Positions 59,170 through 64,000 of a stretch of DNA of 64,000 bases are shown piece after piece. Source of the DNA: Octopus vulgaris (Eukaryota); assembly GCA_951406725.2 (NCBI GenBank), contig OX597817.1, forward strand, positions 163,556,001-163,620,000, read 5' to 3'. The notes under the pieces are model-generated. The model was not told the origin of the DNA and made no database searches. It saw only the letters and a list, made by a program, of their open reading frames with translations. Both the position numbers and the translations under genes were made by a program. The number at the start of each line of letters is the position of its first letter. Position 1 is the first letter of the stretch.

Positions 59170-59322
59170 TCGGCTGGTATTCATTTTCAGCCGAATAGAC
59201 TAGAACGGCGTAAAATAGTGTTTTGCGCAAGGAGGAGACAATACTCCATCTGGTCTAAAAGTCGATACTGCAACCATATGGTTGTGGGCCCAATACCTTA
59301 ACTATTAAGCGACTTGGCTTCT
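59170..59322 (-). mobile_element. Ancient C-like SINE head (a similar relic lies at about 53025-53157)
   Basis: Degenerate match to gagtggactggagcaacgtgaaatgaagtgttttgctcaag...ccctaaccactaagcc. Confidence 0.55.
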
Positions 59323-59968
59323 CTTACTCTTTTTTCTCTCTCTCACTCTCTCTTTCTCTCCCTGTCTCTCTCTCTCTCTCTCTCTCGATATATCACACAC
59401 ACATATACACACGCGATTATACGTATCTGCATATCTGTGTTTCTTAATACGTAAGGTAGACAGGATTTCGTAATGACGTAATCCTGTTTATAATACAAAT
59501 AAATTAAATATGGATTCTACGCTATTGTATCATAAAGTTCAATGGCCGAGTTTACGTTTTTGTAGTACAAAATAGACTGCATACACACTCTCTCACACAC
59601 ACGTGCGTATTCGCGCGAACACGCTCTCGCTCTCTCTCACACACACATACACATGTGTGTGTGGGTGGGTGCGTATCAATGCATGTATGTATGAATCTGT
59701 GTATGTATGTATGTATGTATGTATGTATGTATGTATGTATGTATGTATGTATGTATGTATGTATGTATACATACATATATCTATATGCATGTATAGATAC
59801 GTATATGTATATATATATGTGTGTGAGTATGTGCGTGCATACATACATATGTACAGTTGCATATGTAAATATGTGTGTGTGTATATATGTATATATGTAA
59901 GCATATGTACATATATACAAATGTATATCTATACACATATATATTCGTTTATGTATATATATGTATTC

Positions 59969-60015
<47 letters not shown>

Positions 60016-60445
60016 CATGTATACGAATATTTATATATGCGTATAGATATGCATATGTATATATGTACATATGCTTACATGCACACACACACACACACAC
60101 AAACATATATATATATATACATACATATATATGTGTGTGTATGTGTGCGTGTGGTGTGTAGACACACATATATGTACATACATGAAGAATGGCTCATCTT
60201 TGTCTCATATTAAGCCTGGTTACACTGATTTACTTTTATCCATGCGTGTGCACGGATATGTTTGACTCATGTCAGCTGCACACTTCTGCACGACTCCATC
60301 GCCATTCGACTTTATAAAATACAATGCGAACAAAGAAATAAGACGAATAGCGAGTCAGCTGTACGTCATTTAGTTATATATCCATATACGCACATTTATA
60401 AATATATAGACACGCACACACATATATGTGGCGTATATATCTATA

Positions 60446-60785
60446 CGTGGCACCTAGGGCAAGTGTCTTCTACTATAGCCTCGGGCCGACCAAAGCCTTG
60501 TGAGTGGATTTGGTAGACGGAAACTGAAAGAAGCCCGTCGTATATATGTATATATATGTACGTGCGTGTATGTTTGTGTGCCTGTGTTTGTCCCCCTAGC
60601 ATTGCTTGACAACCGATGCTGGTATGTTTATGTCTCCGTCACTTAGCGGTTCAGGCAAAAGGGAACCGATAGAATAATTACTGGGCTTACAAAAGAATAA
60701 GTCCCGGGGTCGAGTTGCTCGATTAAAGGCGGTGCTCCAGCATGGCCGCAGTCAAAATGACTGGAACAAGTAAAAAGAGAAAGAG
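60446..60785 (+). mobile_element. 5'-truncated SINE B
   Basis: Begins at cgtggcacctagggcaagtgtc. Confidence 0.9.
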
Positions 60786-60802
60786 ATATGCATACGTGCG
60801 TA

Positions 60803-60864
<62 letters not shown>

Positions 60865-61220
60865 TGTGTGTGTGTGTTTTGTCCGTGTGAGGTAAATTGT
60901 TCAAATAGCAGTGAAGTCAGAACAGAATATGTGGAATCTTGTAACAAATTGTAGATTAAACATGGATTCCGCAACAGCTGTCAATTTTGCCGTCTCGTTG
61001 GCTCATCAGATAACGATGCTAATCTCCCTTCATTCAAAGAATTTTCAGTGAATCTTCAGATAATTCAAACACTTCAATAATAATTCAAATGTTGTGTCCA
61101 TATTCATGCCTCTGCATAACTTTGTGGTATCGTGTTCAGTAGGCCTGTGCGGTACTTTGGCCAAGTGCTCTCTATACGGTAGTCTTAAGCCAATCAATGC
61201 CTTGTTAGTGATATGTATAA

Positions 61221-61726
<506 letters not shown>

Positions 61727-61742
61727 ATGTTACATTACTCGG

Positions 61743-61816
61743 TAGTCAAGATAAAACTCTGAGTTTCAGATGCCGAAGTGGAAATCCACAACACCATCTC
61801 TTCGGTTATCTGGCTA
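61743..61816 (-). ncRNA. Type-I hammerhead-like fold (U4C core) in a 190-bp (TA)n-flanked insertion (61722-61911)
   Basis: TAGCC AGATAA CCGAAGA GATG..GTGGA TT TCCAC..CATC T GAAACT CAG AGT T TTATCT TGACTA. Confidence 0.6.
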
Positions 61817-62009
61817 TTTGAAAACGTTATGAAAAAATACCGTTAAAAATGAAGGGAAATTACTCTGTTATAACTCTGCTTTGCCTGCGTACTTATACAT
61901 CGCTCGCATTTATATATATATATATATATATCATACATACACAAGTAAAGTCAATCATCACATGTTACTACTTGTTTAACCCCAGACAGATCTTGTTTAC
62001 ACTATATTG

Positions 62010-62370
62010 CTAGCAAGAGCGGACTCTGGAGCGGACGCAAACAGCAGAACGGGGTGCCATTGCATAGTACCAATGATTCCAATATCACCATCAGGATACA
62101 AGACCAGATAATGCAGCAGCTTGGGTTTTAAAGAGCCACAAATCTTCAAAATGCTCCCCCCCCAAAAAAAAGACCTGAGAGACCTACATGGGGTAGATGT
62201 AGGTGTCTTGAAAACAAAACCCGTCAAGAATTCCGGATGAACCTAGCCTGCGGTAGGAAACTCAGATCGAGGTAACAAACGCCTTCTTTCACAAAATGCC
62301 ACATATCAGAGGGAGTGTCAATGAGTGAAAGTGTAACAAAGGCAACAGCCCCAGCGAAGCCACAGTACTC
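62010..62370 (+). mobile_element. Decayed CR1-like LINE 3' end
   Basis: SSLGFKEPQIFKMLP...LRDLHGVDVGVLKTK...RIPDEP resembles the CR1 ORF2 C-terminus (FN.LP..LR...FK..LD..L..IPDEP). Confidence 0.65.
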
Positions 62371-62434
62371 GTGCTGAAACTACTAAAGGATAAAAAATGA
62401 AGATATGAAATCTACAATATAAAATATATAAATA

Positions 62435-62685
62435 TAAATAATAAATGTGCCCTTTTAAAGCCTGGCCAGGCTCATGGGCCCGGTTTCCCGGTTTCCATGG
62501 CGTATGTATTCCCAAGCTGGATGGGACGCCAGTGTATCGCAGCGTTACTCATCTTTGACAGCTGAGTGGACTGGAGCAATGTGAAAATGAAGTGTTTTGC
62601 TCAAGAACACAACGCGTCGCCCGGTCCAAGAATCGGAACCCCAATCTTACGATCATGATGCTGACACCCTAACCGCTAAGCCACA
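62435..62685 (-). mobile_element. SINE family C
   Basis: Matches the 11846, 26905 and 42620 copies. Confidence 0.9.
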
Positions 62686-63031
62686 AAATATATAAAACGT
62701 AATATATATGTTGTTTGTATGGAATGTTTGAAATAAATAAAGAAAAACGGTGACAGAGAATACCAAGGTAATGCGGCTTGAGAAAAAATATTTGGATATT
62801 TATAAAAGTACAATTTCTGCTTCCTTAATCAGGTATTTGGTGGGTTTTAAGTAATGTCCAATGTTTTTCGCGAATGGTTTTCGTGTTTAGCAATTTTTGT
62901 TTCAAACTCTTTTGTTTTGCAAATTTAATAAAACTGAATGGTCGGACGGCTAACAATTCACCGCTAAATAAATTAATAACTCGTTCTCCAAGACATTATA
63001 TATACACACATACATATATATCTATCTCTAA

Positions 63032-63263
63032 AAGGCGGCGAGCTGGTAGAAACGTTAGCACGCCGGGCGAAATTCGTAGCCGTATTTCGTCTGTCGTTAC
63101 GTTCCGAGTTCAAATTCCGCCGAGGTCGACTTTGCCTTTCATCCTTTCGGGGTCGATAAATTAAGTACCAGTTACGCACTGGGGTCGATGTAGTCGACTT
63201 AATCCCTTTGTCTGTCCTTGTTTGTCCCCTCTGTATTTAGCCCCTTGTGGGTAGTAAAGAAAT
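63032..63263 (+). mobile_element. SINE A (tail A1)
   Basis: TSD atatatatctatctct. Confidence 0.93.
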
Positions 63264-63499
63264 ATATATATATCTATCTCTTTAGATATCTATATACATA
63301 CATTTTTATAAATATACCACTACAGCTCTACAAGCAAACAGGACGACAGCAGCACTACTGAGTCTTTAAAAGTCGTAGTCTATAAGTTAATAAAAGTCGT
63401 AGTTTGTATTGTGTTGCCCAGAGTATATCTCAGAATTCTTTTTGCGAGAAATCTGTTACCAATAGATACGATAAAAATTATTTGTGTATGAAGGATAAG

Positions 63500-64000
63500 C
63501 GGCATAAGTGGCTGTGTGGTAAGTAGATATATGCGTAGGAGTGGCTGAGTGTTAAGTAGCTATAGGCATAGGAGTGACTGTGTGGTAAGTAGCAATAGGC
63601 ATAGAAGTGGCTGTGTGGTAAGTAGCTTACTTACCAACCACATGGTTCCGGGTTCAGTCCCACTGCGTGGCACCTTGGGCAAGTGTCTTCTACTATAGCC
63701 TCGGGCCGGCCAAAGCTTTGTGAGTGGATTTGGTAGTCTGAAACTGAAAGAAGCCCGTTATACATATGTATATATATGTATGTGTGTGTGTATATGTTTG
63801 TTTGTCTGTGTCTGTCCTCCCAACATCGCTTGACAACCGATACTGGTGTGTTTACGTCCCTGCGACTTAGCGTTTCGGCAAAAGAAACCGATAGAATATG
63901 TAGTAGGCTTACAAATAATAAGTCCTGGGGTCTATTTGCTCGATTAAAAGCGGTTCTCCAGCATAGCTATAGTCAAATGACTGAAACAAGTAAAAGAGTA
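63500..64000 (+). mobile_element. SINE B with four tandem copies of its first ~33 nt
   Basis: gtggctgtgtggtaagtag-like unit x4, then a full B body to the window end. Confidence 0.92.

Noticed and set aside
60965-61015. Minus-strand CTGATGA GCC..GGC AAAA hammerhead
   Set aside because: G12 is lost and no stem I partner or cleavage triplet can be placed; at most a relic.

Overview
AT-rich eukaryotic (animal) DNA dominated by repeats. The SINE families, the microsatellite density and the mariner/Penelope content suggest a coleoid cephalopod such as Octopus; this is inference from recall and was not verified. No host protein-coding exon, rRNA, true tRNA gene or CRISPR array can be supported, so the window reads as intronic or intergenic, and almost all ORFs in the track are microsatellite or SINE artefacts. 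Contents: a young 5'-truncated Tx1/L1-type LINE embedded in (TATC)n; about 30 tRNA-derived SINEs in at least 5 modular families; a pile-up of (AAT)n-associated R4/Dong-type LINE fragments at 18-25.8 kb, including a 7-copy tandem array built from a 104-bp LINE tail; several mariner/Tc1 relics, one with two 5' ends; a hAT MITE; a non-autonomous Helitron; and Penelope, HERO-like and CR1-like fragments. The most striking unexplained signal is a set of six type-I hammerhead-ribozyme folds. Four lie in short elements inserted into (TA)n tracts, and several have non-canonical catalytic cores (U3-A8, A6U, U4C). Also notable are a SINE whose 3' tail matches the Tx1 LINE tail, short templated local duplications, and a 340-bp inverted repeat. 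All folds and alignments were read by eye.
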